Shown: positions 20,101 through 30,155 of the stretch, in pieces
Numbering within the stretch: position 1 is the first letter of the stretch
Layout of the letters: each line of letters begins with the position of its first letter
Assembly: GCA_015075445.1 (NCBI GenBank)
Contig: JABTUJ010000038.1
Coordinates: forward strand, 11,149 to 75,148
DNA length: 64,000 nt
DNA from: Verrucomicrobiales bacterium
GTDB lineage: Bacteria; Verrucomicrobiota; Verrucomicrobiia; Limisphaerales; J093
Reading direction: 5' to 3'
Translations under genes and position numbers: made by a program
The notes under the pieces: model-generated
Seen by the model: the letters and a program-made list of their open reading frames with translations, nothing else
Told to the model about the DNA's origin: nothing
Database searches by the model: none

Positions 20101-23100
20101 CACCAGCAACCGCTCGCCAGGAGCGATCGTCCAACCGGCAGGAAAGGCCCACTGCCGCACGTTCCGCGGGTCGTTGCTGAGATGGCACTCGGCCAGGTTG
20201 ATCGCGGTCGCGCCCGCGTTGAACAGCTCGATCCAGGGATCAAATTCGCCGGCGTTGTCGGCCAGCACGCGGGTGTTGGCGGGCATGATCTCGTTGATCC
20301 AGACCCGTGGCAGGTCTGGCAGCGGGGTCGCGACGTTGTTCGGATGACCAGGCGTCGCCAGCGGCAGCGTGCCCCCGGCGTCCACGGCGCCCCAGTTGCC
20401 GATCCGGTCGTTGTCGCGCGACGGATCCATCAACTGCAGTGACGCGCCCCGCCCATCCGCAGCAGCCGGCCACGGCGGGGCGACGCCGTACGTCACCTGG
20501 TCCAGCACCACCCGGTTCGTGCCCTCAAGTTGCTCGAGCCGCAGCGTCCCGCCCTCACGGGGCAGCGTCCCGCCGAATTCGCCCACCACCACCTCGGCAT
20601 TGCCGTAGGCCGACTGATAACCCGGCAGACTCTCGGCCAGCACGACGTGGCCGCCCGGCGCCACGAACTGTCCGTGGCCGATCACCGCGCCGATCGCGTC
20701 CACCCGCAGTCCCCCCAAGGGGAGCGTCGCCGTCGCCGAGAGATTGTGGATCTCGACGAACGCCGAGGCCGGCGTGGCGCCGTGATGCATGATCTCGCTC
20801 AGCACAAGCTTGCCCTCCAGCGCGACGGCCGGACCCGTATAGGTGACGGTCAGCGAGTCGCTCCCCACCACCGCGCCCGACGGGTCACGCGCCTCGAAGG
20901 CGAGGACGTTCGCGCCGGGGGCGAGCGCGACGCGGACCTGCCAGGTCGTTTCGTCCACCCACTTCACGGCGTGAGACTCGCCATTGACGCGGATCTCGGT
21001 CACCGCGATCGGCGCCCGACCCTGCAACGCCAGCGGCGTGGCGTTCGTGGCGGCGGGCGGCCTGAAAACTCGGAACGCCACGTTGGTCACCGCGGCCAGT
21101 TGCCGGCCGAACTCATTCCGCCGCGCCGTGATCCAGGCACTCATCGCCGTCGGGGCCGTCGCCGTGATGCCGTCGTCGCGGAACACGCGGTGCCATTCAA
21201 GCAGCCGGGGACCGCTGACGGCCGGGTCCATGGGCCCCCGCACCATGTCGGACGCAAGACGCCAGTACACGCGCCGGAACTCCGGTTTGGCGAACATGAT
21301 GCCGGGCAGGTAGCCGGCATCGGGGAACAGGCTGAAGACCGTTCCGAAAGCGCCGTCGGTGTCGTTCGCGTGCAACCGGGACCGGCCGTAGGGGGGGATG
21401 TAGGTGTACAAGTTGTGCGGGTAGCCGGGCGACGTGTAGTGATCCCCGTTGCCGCACATGCGGTTGATGACCCAATAGCCGGCCCAGCTCCGGATGTCGG
21501 CCAGCGCCGACACGCGCGCCACGTAGAGGTCGTCCGTGGGCGCGGCCAGCGCATCCACCAGCCGATAGAGCGCCGCGTAGTCATCATCCGGCACGTTGGT
21601 GACCTTTTTGCGCATCGTGTAGCGGTATTTCGCCTGCTTCTTGACGCCCCCGGTGGTGCGGTAATTGCCGAACGGCTCGTGCGGATAAAGCTGTTCGTAC
21701 ACGTGCGGGTCGTCGTCCCCGTACCAGCTCGTGCACAGCGTGCGCGAGGGCGACAGCGAATCGTAGCGGAACAGGGCGGACCCGTTGACGCTCACGTGCA
21801 CGTAGCGCAGCGCGATCGACGCGAGGTCGACCTGCCGCGCCATCCAATAGGCATGTTTCTCCTGCTGCCGCGTGCCGTTGTCGCCGTTCAAGCTGATGAA
21901 ATCGATGGCCACTTCGTTGTCCCCCAGGACGCGTTGCGTCTGGGGGAACTCGACCGAGTAGGCCGCGTTCCGATAGTCGTCGAACGACCGCCAGTTGCCG
22001 CGGTAACCCACCGTGGCGTTGTAGACCGTGCGGTAGTCGTCGTAGGTGAACGTCGCGTCCACCGGCTCGTCGCTGCGGGTTTCCCGCCCCGTCCAACGCG
22101 TGACGTTGCTCGAGGCCACCCACAGCCGGTACGTGCCAAACACGCCCGGCGCCAGCGTGTCACCGAACCGGACCAGACACTCCAGCGCCGGTGCGCCCGT
22201 GAGCGGTGGCCCCGGGAACCGGCTCGTCACCGCTGAACTCGCGGCGTCGGTCGCCTCCAGGGCAAAGGCCACCAGGCGCCCCGCCGTCTGTCCCGGCAGG
22301 GTCGCACGGTACACACCGTCACCGTCCGGGTCCGTCATGGGCACCGTTTGTCGACCGGTTCCCGGATCCGTCCGCCACACGAGCTGGACCGAGGCCACGC
22401 CGTCCGGGTCCTGGACCCGGGCGGACACGACGACGCCCTGGCCGGCCGCCGGGAGCACCGGCGTGTGCTGCACGTCCCCAATCGCGGGACCGGCATTGGC
22501 AACGCGTCGGCTGTTCGGCTGGCCGGGGGTGCCGAGATTGGAGGGCACTTCCAACGCGCCCACCGCCTCGAGTGCGTGGCCCTTGACCCCGATCACGATG
22601 TAGGGCCACCCGGCGATCCAACGACCTTTGGCCCGGATCGTGAACGTCTGCCCGGCCACGGGCGGCGCGATGCGGGTCGAGAGCCGGTCGTAGGTGATGC
22701 GGTAAACCGAAATGGTGTAGCGCCCCTGGCTCGTCGCCCGCACGTGCAGGCTCCGGCTGCTCTGGTAACCCCCGGCGGTCTCCAGGCTGGATCGTTCGTG
22801 CGAGCCCAGCCGTTCCCACCCACCCAAGCCACTCTCGAAGCCCGCGTTCGTCACCCGGTTGGCGGCTTCGCCGGCCCGCTTCAGCTCGATGTCGTCGAGC
22901 AGACACTCACCAGCCTGGGGACAGAAGACCTGGAGCTCCTCCATCGTTCCCGCCGGGTTGTCGACCACCCCCGTGTGCTCGATGTGCGTCCACGGAGCTT
23001 TGGCCGTCTCGTCGCTGCCTTCCCAGTTCGGGCCGAGCGCATTGTCAGCGTGGGCGTCGATCAGCTCCAGACTGCTGCCGCCTCCATCCGTCCACTGCCC

Positions 23101-24696
23101 CCAGCCATCGCTGTAGGTCACCTCGTCCACCAACACGAAGTCCTGGAACGGCCGCGCCGGATCGTCCGGCCGCGCCAGGGCCAACCGCTCCCCGCGGTCA
23201 GACAGTTCCCCCTCGTAGTCCCCCACCGTGTTGCGGGCGTCGAGCTGCGGGTACCGGCCGATCAAATGCGCGCGGCTCCGCGCCACCGCCAGGTAGCCTC
23301 CCGCCGGAATAACCGTCCCGGGCGGAATCATGAACTCGATCCCGTCCACAAAACGCCAATACCCCACGTCCACCGCCTCGCGACCGCGGTTGTAGAGCTC
23401 CACGTACTCGTCCTCGGCCCGACCGGAGATCGGATGGTACATGATCTCGTGGATGACAACGTCGTCCACGCGGGGGAGATCGTTGGCCCCGCCGGGAGTG
23501 GGCTGCGCGAGCGCGCGGATGCCCGGCGCACCGTCCGGCCAGCGTCCTGACGAAACGCCCCGGGCCTGTGCACCGAACCGCACCGCGTCGATCACGCGTG
23601 CCCCGTCACTCCGGACCAGGAAGATCGCGTCGCCACGCCGGCTCAGCCCGAAGCCCAAGGTGGTCCCCGTAAAGACCACCCGGCCGCCCGGAGCGATCTG
23701 TGTGCCGGGAGGGATGACAAACCGGTTCGTGTCGGCCCGGTCGCTGAGGCCGCACCCGGAAAGATCGACGGTCTGCGCGGAGCCGTTGTGCAGCTCGATG
23801 AACTCCTCCTGGATGGCATCGGCCCCGGCCAGAAACTCGTTGATCGTCACGCCGCCCAGCGGGTCCATCTCCTCGGGGTCAGGCCGGCCCGGAGACCCGC
23901 CCCGAAACGTGCTAGCGGACCACGCCAACACAGAGCGTTCACCGTGGTCGGGACGGGAGAGCTGCAGCGAGTGCCCCGCCCCGTCCGCCGCCACCGGCCA
24001 CGGCATCTGGTCCTCATAGTTCACCGCGAGCAGCAACGCGCCGGTGCGGTGGCGCAGCCGCACCTGGCCGGAGTCGTTGGGAAGCTCGCCGGTGAACGGC
24101 CCGATCACATGGTCGATGCCCGACGCCGCTCGCAACGCCGCCGGGTCGCGCGCCACCACCACATAACTGCGCCCGGCCAGCGCGGTGTTCGCCGGGAACG
24201 TGAAGTCGACGTCGCCCGTCAGGCGGTAGCCGCTCAAATCCTCGGCCACCGGTTCCGTGTTGAAGATCTCGATGTACTCCAGGATCTCGGTCCCGCCCGG
24301 CTCCCGCGGATGATACATGATCTCGGACAGGATGAGCGGCGTGCCCCGGCTCGAAGGAGAGAGCTGCCGGGCGCGGGTCAAGGGCGGACTGGCCGCAGGG
24401 TTCGCCGCCGTGCTTGCCACCGACGAGGACAGCACCATCTCGCGGTGCAGAACCTCATCTTGCCCACACGCACGAGGGCCGGAAACCAACGCGCCGAGCA
24501 TCCCCAGTCCGATGAGGACCCGAGGCACCCCGTGCAGAGGGTGACGTCCCGAACCGCACCGGAATCCCCCGACGCCCGTGGCGAAAAGCCCGCTATCCAA
24601 CTCACTCGTCCGGCAACACCTCAACGTCCCTTGGAAATGCTGCGTCATCGTCTGTTCGCGTCGTGGAAAAGCGCCCATGTGGAGCGGGCATTTCAA
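17131..24696 (-). CDS. Giant surface protein with multiple lamin-tail domains, a CotH kinase-like region, cadherin/Ig repeats and a C-terminal sorting-like domain (start uncertain)
   Basis: Repeated INEIMY/INE..A..E[FWY]IEL.N..G..L..TPG..N; NGDH..HN.Y..NDTD (CotH-like); C-terminus EWASVPGVRYRVE..W..RYYRVVIP. Confidence 0.8.
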   Translation of the reverse strand: MKCPLHMGAFPRREQTMTQHFQGTLRCCRTSELDSGLFATGVGGFRCGSGRHPLHGVPRVLIGLGMLGALVSGPRACGQDEVLHREMVLSSSVASTAANPAASPPLTRARQLSPSSRGTPLILSEIMYHPREPGGTEILEYIEIFNTEPVAEDLSGYRLTGDVDFTFPANTALAGRSYVVVARDPAALRAASGIDHVIGPFTGELPNDSGQVRLRHRTGALLLAVNYEDQMPWPVAADGAGHSLQLSRPDHGERSVLAWSASTFRGGSPGRPDPEEMDPLGGVTINEFLAGADAIQEEFIELHNGSAQTVDLSGCGLSDRADTNRFVIPPGTQIAPGGRVVFTGTTLGFGLSRRGDAIFLVRSDGARVIDAVRFGAQARGVSSGRWPDGAPGIRALAQPTPGGANDLPRVDDVVIHEIMYHPISGRAEDEYVELYNRGREAVDVGYWRFVDGIEFMIPPGTVIPAGGYLAVARSRAHLIGRYPQLDARNTVGDYEGELSDRGERLALARPDDPARPFQDFVLVDEVTYSDGWGQWTDGGGSSLELIDAHADNALGPNWEGSDETAKAPWTHIEHTGVVDNPAGTMEELQVFCPQAGECLLDDIELKRAGEAANRVTNAGFESGLGGWERLGSHERSSLETAGGYQSSRSLHVRATSQGRYTISVYRITYDRLSTRIAPPVAGQTFTIRAKGRWIAGWPYIVIGVKGHALEAVGALEVPSNLGTPGQPNSRRVANAGPAIGDVQHTPVLPAAGQGVVVSARVQDPDGVASVQLVWRTDPGTGRQTVPMTDPDGDGVYRATLPGQTAGRLVAFALEATDAASSAVTSRFPGPPLTGAPALECLVRFGDTLAPGVFGTYRLWVASSNVTRWTGRETRSDEPVDATFTYDDYRTVYNATVGYRGNWRSFDDYRNAAYSVEFPQTQRVLGDNEVAIDFISLNGDNGTRQQEKHAYWMARQVDLASIALRYVHVSVNGSALFRYDSLSPSRTLCTSWYGDDDPHVYEQLYPHEPFGNYRTTGGVKKQAKYRYTMRKKVTNVPDDDYAALYRLVDALAAPTDDLYVARVSALADIRSWAGYWVINRMCGNGDHYTSPGYPHNLYTYIPPYGRSRLHANDTDGAFGTVFSLFPDAGYLPGIMFAKPEFRRVYWRLASDMVRGPMDPAVSGPRLLEWHRVFRDDGITATAPTAMSAWITARRNEFGRQLAAVTNVAFRVFRPPAATNATPLALQGRAPIAVTEIRVNGESHAVKWVDETTWQVRVALAPGANVLAFEARDPSGAVVGSDSLTVTYTGPAVALEGKLVLSEIMHHGATPASAFVEIHNLSATATLPLGGLRVDAIGAVIGHGQFVAPGGHVVLAESLPGYQSAYGNAEVVVGEFGGTLPREGGTLRLEQLEGTNRVVLDQVTYGVAPPWPAAADGRGASLQLMDPSRDNDRIGNWGAVDAGGTLPLATPGHPNNVATPLPDLPRVWINEIMPANTRVLADNAGEFDPWIELFNAGATAINLAECHLSNDPRNVRQWAFPAGWTIAPGERLLVWADAQPQQTSSTDLHAAFRLNRLQGTVVLAWQSQGRTFVLDAVSYVNLAADSSYGSFPEGDPQARQVFHEPTPALPNRLSPPPVLVRINEWMAGNTGVVADPADGDFDDWFELYNAGPNAVDLAGFTLTDNLDNPSKYTIPPGVILPAGGFLLVWADEEGSQNALGQDLHANFRLALAGEAIGLFAPDGSLVDSVVFGPQTNDVSEGRFPDGAGLPPYAMAAPTPRGPNVLAGANRPPTFDPLPDQTVAEDDLLTFTVRARDPDPDQTVRYELGPDAPPGAALDAHTGEFRWRPTEADGPAALSFLLRAVDNGSPVREGTVRVNVHVTEVNQAPTLLPIADHSLREGQTFAVQAVAFDVDLPPQNLAFALAAGAPSGMSVHPETGWLSWSVGPDAGPGTHDVTVRVTDDGPGARLAERSFRLVVEAQPHLVINEIMYRPRTNATEFIELFNNSSRAGVDLDGVQLTAGDLAFDFPAGMTLDPGGFLVVVQDRRAFEAVYGSGLAVAGEWTGRLGKEGDTVRLRRLGGIAPGELIDEVRFEADLPWPAAANGEGGSLQLIDAWQDNARVGNWAAVASLGLVESRPLLVMTNLWRYEQSGTDLGIAWREPGYDDSRWPSGRALLYVEGAALPFPKHTPLTLGPLTFYFRTTFRYEGPTSGVRLKVNTVVDDAAAIYLNGRELLRVGFGETGEITFDRPADRVVSDAALEGPMVVEGAALRSGTNVVAVEVHQNSPGSSDIVWGMDLEVEGVAAPATPGGANSLAQTLPPFPPVFLNELLAVNNAGPLDGAGEREPWIELVNASPFPTSLDGWYLTDILTDLTRWGFPAGFALEPMGYRLLWADGEPAETAGAEVHTGFRLGNGSVLALVRTQAGAPAVVDYVRLPMLGADTSYGSLPDGQGLIRAVLDRPTPGEPNRQVPVPVIVGLGLGAEAGLSFEWASVPGVRYRVEGAPALAGQAWLALGEAVALTDVMRYAEPLGAPMRYYRVVIP

Positions 24697-24981
24697 CGTG
24701 AGTCGGGCCGAGCGACCAGAAGAATCCTGTCAGAAGCGCCAAGATCCGCGAGCACCGGGGAACAAACAACCCTGAAGCAAACTGCGATCCTCCTGTCCCG
24801 CGCCTGCATCACCGTGAGCGGGCGCGCGCCCGTCGTCAAAGGTCGAGGACGGGCGGAGCCGGCGCCACCCGGGCTCCGGCGGGACTTTGCCGGTGCAAAA
24901 CGTCTCGCACGACCGAGGTGACGCGATCACCAAACCGAAGGCCACCGTTGATTCGGGCCACCTGCTCGTTAGACTCGGCCC

Positions 24982-25839
24982 ATGAGGCCTCCTATCCACC
25001 AACTCGCTTCGGCTGACCCATCGCCGTGGAGCGATGCCCTTTCGCCCTCCGATGGCTTGCCGATCCGCGACAGCGGCCCGTGGATTGCCACAAAGCACCG
25101 GCTCTTGACGTACTGCGCAGAGCTCTTCGCCACCGGCATGCAGCACAAGTGGAGAAGCCGCGTGTACCTGGAGCTGTTCTCCGGACCGGGCAAGTGTGTC
25201 GTCCGGGACACGGGAAAGGAAGCGCCGGGCTCGCCGCTCAAAGTAATCAACCACCTGTTCACCCGGTTCATCTTCACCGAGAAGAACCGCGCGGCGGCCG
25301 AGGCGCTTGCGACCCGGATCGAACCCTATGAGAACTCAAGTCGCACCGAGATCTGGTGCGGCGATTGCGCCGAAGCGGTCCCACATCTGCACATTCCGAA
25401 AGGATCGTTGACGTTTGCTTTCATCGACCCGACGGGGATCGGACACGCCCCGTTCGCTCTGATCGAGGCACTGCACCGCAAGACCCAATGCGACCTTCTC
25501 ATCAACATCCAGCATGGGATGGGCATCAAGATGAACATCCACCAGTACACGCCAGACGCCGATGAGCAGTCCGCGCTGACCCGGTTTCTTGGCAATGACG
25601 GGTGGAAGCGGTTGCCGCGGCATCATCCCGGCGACTTCTTCCGTGGAGTGCTGGATCTCTACAAGGGCCAACTCGATAGACTCGGCTTCGCCTTCACCGG
25701 ACGGGAAGTGCTGATCGAGACGCAGAAGCGAACCCCGCTCTACCTCCTGCTCTTTGCCAGCAAGCACGAACGTGGGAAGGAGTTCTGGGAGAAGTCGGTC
25801 AAAGGGGTGATGCACCCGGAACTCGACTTCGGTCTCTGA
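24982..25839 (+). CDS. tcmP: Three-Cys-motif partner protein TcmP-like (methyltransferase-like fold)
   Basis: GPW..KHRLL.Y, YLELFSGPG, GSPL, GDC, FAFIDPTG, DLLIN, YLLLFASKHERGKEFW. Confidence 0.8.
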   Translation: MRPPIHQLASADPSPWSDALSPSDGLPIRDSGPWIATKHRLLTYCAELFATGMQHKWRSRVYLELFSGPGKCVVRDTGKEAPGSPLKVINHLFTRFIFTEKNRAAAEALATRIEPYENSSRTEIWCGDCAEAVPHLHIPKGSLTFAFIDPTGIGHAPFALIEALHRKTQCDLLINIQHGMGIKMNIHQYTPDADEQSALTRFLGNDGWKRLPRHHPGDFFRGVLDLYKGQLDRLGFAFTGREVLIETQKRTPLYLLLFASKHERGKEFWEKSVKGVMHPELDFGL

Positions 25840-25858
25840 AGACGGCACCCTACGCCAA

Positions 25859-27019
25859 GTGACCTCGATGAACGTCACCGTTGAAATGCCGTTGCGGCGA
25901 ACGGCTGAGGTCGGGCGCGGCCGGGTCCAAGAGCCCGGATTCTGGGCGCCGGAAGCTCAGCCCGAACGCGGCCGCGTGGACTTCTGGCGTTCACCCGCGG
26001 TCATCGCCCCCAACAATTTCATCTACAAGAGCCTCTCGAATTGGTCTTTCAACATCGCGGTCGGCTGTACCCACGGCTGCCGATTCTGCTACGTGCCGAG
26101 TACGGCGACCAACAAGCTGGCGCCGCTGCTCGCCCAGCACGGGGTCGAAGATCCCGACGCCGAGTGGGGCAGTTACGTGCTCCTCCGGCCTTGGGACGAA
26201 GCGAAGTTCCTGACCTCGCTTCGCACTGCGGAAAACACGCCTCCCGCGCGGATCAAACCTGATGGTCACCGTGCCGTGATGTATTGCAGCACCACGGATC
26301 CCTACCAAGTAATTCACCACCCGGACCCAGTCCGGCAGCGCGAGTTGGCCCGGCACAGCCGGTTCCTCGTACGTCGTTCGCTCGAGCTCATCCGCGACCA
26401 GTCCACGCTGAACGTCCGCCTCCTCACCCGAAGCCCTCTCGCGCGGGCCGATTTCCCCTTGTTCCGCAGTCTCGGCCGACGGCTGGTGTTCGGCGTGAGC
26501 CTGCCCACGCTCCGTCATGACCTGGCGAAACTCTACGAACCCAGAGCTCCGGCGCCGTTGCAGCGGTTGGCGATGCTTCGCGCCGCCAAGGAGGCCGGTT
26601 TGCACATCTATGTCGCCATGGCCCCCACGTATCCAGAGAGCGACGAAGCCGACTTGCGGGCGACGCTGCAGGCCCTGGCCGAGTTGGAACCGCTGAGCAT
26701 CTTCCACGAACCCATCAACATCCGTGCCGACAATGTGGCGCGCATCGCAGCCCAGGCGCGAACGTCGGACATAGCGCTTCGCACCGACGTGTTTGCCACG
26801 CGGGAATGCTGGTACCGCTACGCCGTGACGACTCTCCGAACAGTCCAACGCCTCGCTCAGGAAGCCAACGTGGCCGACTTGCTCCACTCGTGGCCCGACA
26901 AGTCCCTCGGCACCGAAGCCGCCGTTGCCTCCGTCGCCGATTCCGGGATCGAACAAGCGACTCACTACCGCCGCTGGCTGCAACAATGCTGGGGACGGGT
27001 GAGTGCCTGGCCCCTATGA
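25859..27019 (+). CDS. Radical SAM protein, spore photoproduct lyase-like family
   Basis: NIAVGCTHGCRFCYV, STTDPYQ, LLTRSPL..D, GVSLPT..EPRAP..RL. Confidence 0.8.
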   Translation: MTSMNVTVEMPLRRTAEVGRGRVQEPGFWAPEAQPERGRVDFWRSPAVIAPNNFIYKSLSNWSFNIAVGCTHGCRFCYVPSTATNKLAPLLAQHGVEDPDAEWGSYVLLRPWDEAKFLTSLRTAENTPPARIKPDGHRAVMYCSTTDPYQVIHHPDPVRQRELARHSRFLVRRSLELIRDQSTLNVRLLTRSPLARADFPLFRSLGRRLVFGVSLPTLRHDLAKLYEPRAPAPLQRLAMLRAAKEAGLHIYVAMAPTYPESDEADLRATLQALAELEPLSIFHEPINIRADNVARIAAQARTSDIALRTDVFATRECWYRYAVTTLRTVQRLAQEANVADLLHSWPDKSLGTEAAVASVADSGIEQATHYRRWLQQCWGRVSAWPL

Positions 27020-27075
27020 GGGGCTCTTAGCACCTCCATCGGTACGGCCTACGGTTCACTTCAGAAGCCCCGACC

Positions 27076-28413
27076 TTACGGCTTCCTGGCCAGCCACCAT
27101 TCCACCAGCGCACCCACGGCTTCGTCGGTCGCCGGGAAGGCATCCAATCCCTGGTTGGCGCACACCAACACCGCGAAGTCCCGCGCCGGGGCCAGCCAGG
27201 CGTTCGCGTAGAACATCGTGTTGCAGCCGCAGTGGTTCAGCACCGTCCCGCCCCCCCACGATCGTTCGACCGCGCGCCAACCCAGGGCGTAGTCGCCGCC
27301 CAACGACGGGTCGACCAACGTGCGGTACGTCGCCGGCTGTAACAGTCCGGGTTCACCGCGCAACCCACGCAGATGGTCGGCCACAAAACGCGCCCAGTCC
27401 TCGAGCGGGGCGTGCACCGTCCCCGCCGGGCCGAGCACCGGGGGATTGTCCACCGCCGGACCGTTGTTCCGAACCGGCTCGCCGCCCGAGGCATGTCCCC
27501 AAGGCTGGTCGATCTCACCGGGAGTCCCCAGCCCGCCAAAACCCGCGCGCGTCATGCCCAGCGGCGCGAAGATCTCCGTCCGCATCCCCTCCTCCCAGGA
27601 CACCCCGCTGATCCGCTCCACCATCGCCCCGGCCACCACGTAACCGAGATTCGAGTAGGCATAGGCGCTCCCGGGCGGGTCCTTCGGCTTCGCTGCCAAC
27701 GCCTGTCGCACGGCCTCAAGCCGCTGTTCCCGCACCGTGCCGTTCCGGGCCAGCCGCGCCCAGTTGAGATTCGCCTCCACCCCCGCCCGATGCGCCAGCA
27801 GATGCCGGAGGGTGACCCCCCGGTAGTCGGCGTGGAAATCCGAGGCGAGTTCGGGGAACACCTCGGCCGGGGTTGTCTCCCACGTGAGCTTCCCGCGCTC
27901 GACCCACTTCCCGACCAGCGTAGCCGTCATGGCCTTGGTGTCCGAGCCCAGGTGCCACAGGTCGTTCGTGCTCACCGCCACTTCCGTCCCGCGTTTGCGG
28001 ACCCCCACCGCCCCGATGGCTTCCAGGCCGCGGCTCGTGACCACCGCCGCCGCGAGGGCGGGAAGATCGTGCTGGCGCAACAACGGCTCAAGCAGGCCGG
28101 CGACGGTCGGAGCCGGGGCTGCCGCTGGCTCCACCGCCGCCGTTTCCGGGGACTGCGCCGGGGCGAGCCAGGAAACGAGTACGCCGGCACACAGAATCGC
28201 CCAGCACTTCCCATGAACCGGTGGTGCGGGCTTCCAGCCTGCACCTTCTGCGGTCCATGGCCCCTGAGCAGGTCCGGCAGGAACAGGCCGCTTCCCATGA
28301 ACCGGTGGTGCGGGCGTCCCGCCTGCACTCACACGGTTCCTGGGCCCTGGCCACGGACCATCCCCACCGGGCCGGGCACCCCGGCCTGCCGGCTGTCGTT
28401 CGGACGCCCTCAC
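27076..28413 (-). CDS. Serine hydrolase (beta-lactamase class C/PBP-like); probable GTG start overlapping the upstream stop
   Basis: SDTK (SxxK), LLAHRAG, YSNLGY, HCG; GTGA overlap at 28410-28413. Confidence 0.8.
   Translation of the reverse strand: MRASERQPAGRGARPGGDGPWPGPRNRVSAGGTPAPPVHGKRPVPAGPAQGPWTAEGAGWKPAPPVHGKCWAILCAGVLVSWLAPAQSPETAAVEPAAAPAPTVAGLLEPLLRQHDLPALAAAVVTSRGLEAIGAVGVRKRGTEVAVSTNDLWHLGSDTKAMTATLVGKWVERGKLTWETTPAEVFPELASDFHADYRGVTLRHLLAHRAGVEANLNWARLARNGTVREQRLEAVRQALAAKPKDPPGSAYAYSNLGYVVAGAMVERISGVSWEEGMRTEIFAPLGMTRAGFGGLGTPGEIDQPWGHASGGEPVRNNGPAVDNPPVLGPAGTVHAPLEDWARFVADHLRGLRGEPGLLQPATYRTLVDPSLGGDYALGWRAVERSWGGGTVLNHCGCNTMFYANAWLAPARDFAVLVCANQGLDAFPATDEAVGALVEWWLARKP
28207..28328. 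repeat. Two tandem copies (84-bp period) of a REP-like unit CTTCCCATGAACCGGTGGTGCGGGC.TCC.GCCTGCAC
   Basis: 28207-28244 and 28291-28328; third copy at ~33057-33090. Confidence 0.8.
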
Positions 28414-29765
28414 GCCATCCACTTCGACCGCTGGACGCGCGTCCGGAGGCGCTGGTTGGCCTCGCGATCGTCGAGGAAGCGCTCGGCTTCGGGATCCCAG
28501 GTGACCTTGCGCTTGACCCGCGTGGCGATGTCGCTGAGGTGGCACAAGATGTCGGCCTGGACGGCATCCTCGATCGGGCAGATCGCAGGCTCGCGGCTCT
28601 TGGTGGAGTCGAGGAAATTGCGGACGTGGTTCGCGCTGCGCGGGAGCCGCACGTCCTGGTCGCCGAACTTCTCCTCAATGAGTTTCTCGGGCGAGGTGCG
28701 GATCTGGGTGCGATCCACCAGCACCCAGCCGTCGGTCCCCTCGAACGCCGTGCCGTGGTCCACCAGGGGTCCGTACTTCTTGGTCCAGTCCTCGAAGCTG
28801 TTCAGGGCGATCGGCTCGGCGCCGTTGCGGGTGCCGCGGTAGTGCATCGTGACCCGGTTGGCGAACTCGAAGCGAACGTTCCACGCCACCGACGTGTTGC
28901 AGGCGCCCTGGAGCGGGAACACTCCCGGTCCCTCGATGGTCAGCGGACCGTCCATCATCTCCGGGTGACCCCAGTAGGCGATGTCCAGCGGGTGCACCCC
29001 CCAGCCCGCGATGAAGCCCAGCGCGTAGTCGTAGTTGAACCACCAGGTCTTCCAGGCGCCGTCTTCGTCGTAGGCCTTGCCGAGCGTGTAGGGTGCTTCC
29101 GGCGCGGGACCCAGCCAGAAGTCGTAGGCCAGGTCTGCAGGGGCCGCGATGGGGGCCGTCGAGCCGCCGGGCATGCTGGCCGCGGCCCAGACATCGATGT
29201 TCCGGAGCTTGCCCAGACGACCGTTGCGCACCAGCTCACACGCCTGGCGGAACTGCTGGCTCGAACGTTGCTGCGTGCCGAACTGGAAGATCCGCTGGCG
29301 GTTCTGGCACGCCCGACGCAACTGCTTGTCTTCCTGCACGGACAACCCCATGGGCTTCTCCAGGTACATGTCCTTGCCCGCGCGCGCCGCGGCAACCGCC
29401 ACCGGCACGTGCCAGTGGTCGGGCGTGGCGATGAGCACCGCGTCGATGTCCGGGCGGGCGAGCAAGTCGCGGTAATCAGCGTGGGTTTGGACTGCCTCGT
29501 CCTTGTACGCCCCGTTCACCTGCCTGACGGCCGCCTCGAGGTTGCGCTTCGACACGTCGCATACGGCCAGCACCCGACAATCCCGCTGTGCCAGGAAATT
29601 GCCCATGACCCCGCGCCCCTGGGGACCAACCCCGATGCAACCGACGTGCAGGCGTTTGCTCGGGGCCTCCTGGCCGAACACCGAGCTCGGCAGGATGACC
29701 GGGGTCACCAAAGCCATGGCCGTGGTGGTGTGGAGAAACTGGCGACGCGACAGGATGGGTTTCAT
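28410..29765 (-). CDS. Gfo/Idh/MocA oxidoreductase with Tat signal
   Basis: SRRQFL twin-Arg, IGVGPQG, ATPDHWH, LEKP, GTQQRS, GWGVHPLD. Confidence 0.9.
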   Translation of the reverse strand: MKPILSRRQFLHTTTAMALVTPVILPSSVFGQEAPSKRLHVGCIGVGPQGRGVMGNFLAQRDCRVLAVCDVSKRNLEAAVRQVNGAYKDEAVQTHADYRDLLARPDIDAVLIATPDHWHVPVAVAAARAGKDMYLEKPMGLSVQEDKQLRRACQNRQRIFQFGTQQRSSQQFRQACELVRNGRLGKLRNIDVWAAASMPGGSTAPIAAPADLAYDFWLGPAPEAPYTLGKAYDEDGAWKTWWFNYDYALGFIAGWGVHPLDIAYWGHPEMMDGPLTIEGPGVFPLQGACNTSVAWNVRFEFANRVTMHYRGTRNGAEPIALNSFEDWTKKYGPLVDHGTAFEGTDGWVLVDRTQIRTSPEKLIEEKFGDQDVRLPRSANHVRNFLDSTKSREPAICPIEDAVQADILCHLSDIATRVKRKVTWDPEAERFLDDREANQRLRTRVQRSKWMA

Positions 29766-29983
29766 GGGACGGAGACAGGCGACAGCAGGTTCGCGGTTCA
29801 TTTCAGCAATGCAACGCTCCGGAGTGACCGGGGTGGTGGGGCGGATGCTGCGGCCGGACGCGAACGATGCCAACTGCAAAATGCCAGCAGCCAACGCCAT
29901 CGTCATCGCGCGGCATCCTATTGGCGATCGCCCACCGACTTCAACCACGCACCCCCACCCCCACGCGTTCCCTGCACCTCACG

Positions 29984-30074
29984 CTCGCCCTTCGCCCTTC
30001 CCCCTTCGCCCTTCCCCCTTCGCCCTTCGCCCTTCGCCCTTCGCCCTTTCCCCTTCGCCCTTCGCCCTTCGCCT
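29984..30074 (+). repeat. Heptamer tandem array (TTCGCCC) x13
   Basis: Direct reading; intergenic between divergent genes. Confidence 0.9.
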
Positions 30075-30155
30075 CGATTGGGCTGGACAAGCAGGCGGGC
30101 GAGGCGTCGAATCCCGCTCGATCCAGCAGTAACCTCCCACCCAATCAACGTGAGC

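Noticed and set aside
18199-24921. Long plus-strand ORFs opposite the giant lamin-tail gene (and similar shadows elsewhere)
   Set aside because: Typical antisense ORFs of high-GC coding DNA with no recognisable motifs
28221-30155. 1294-aa ORF N-terminal extension
   Set aside because: Antisense shadow of the oxidoreductase plus the heptamer array; the real start is 30156 with a signal peptide
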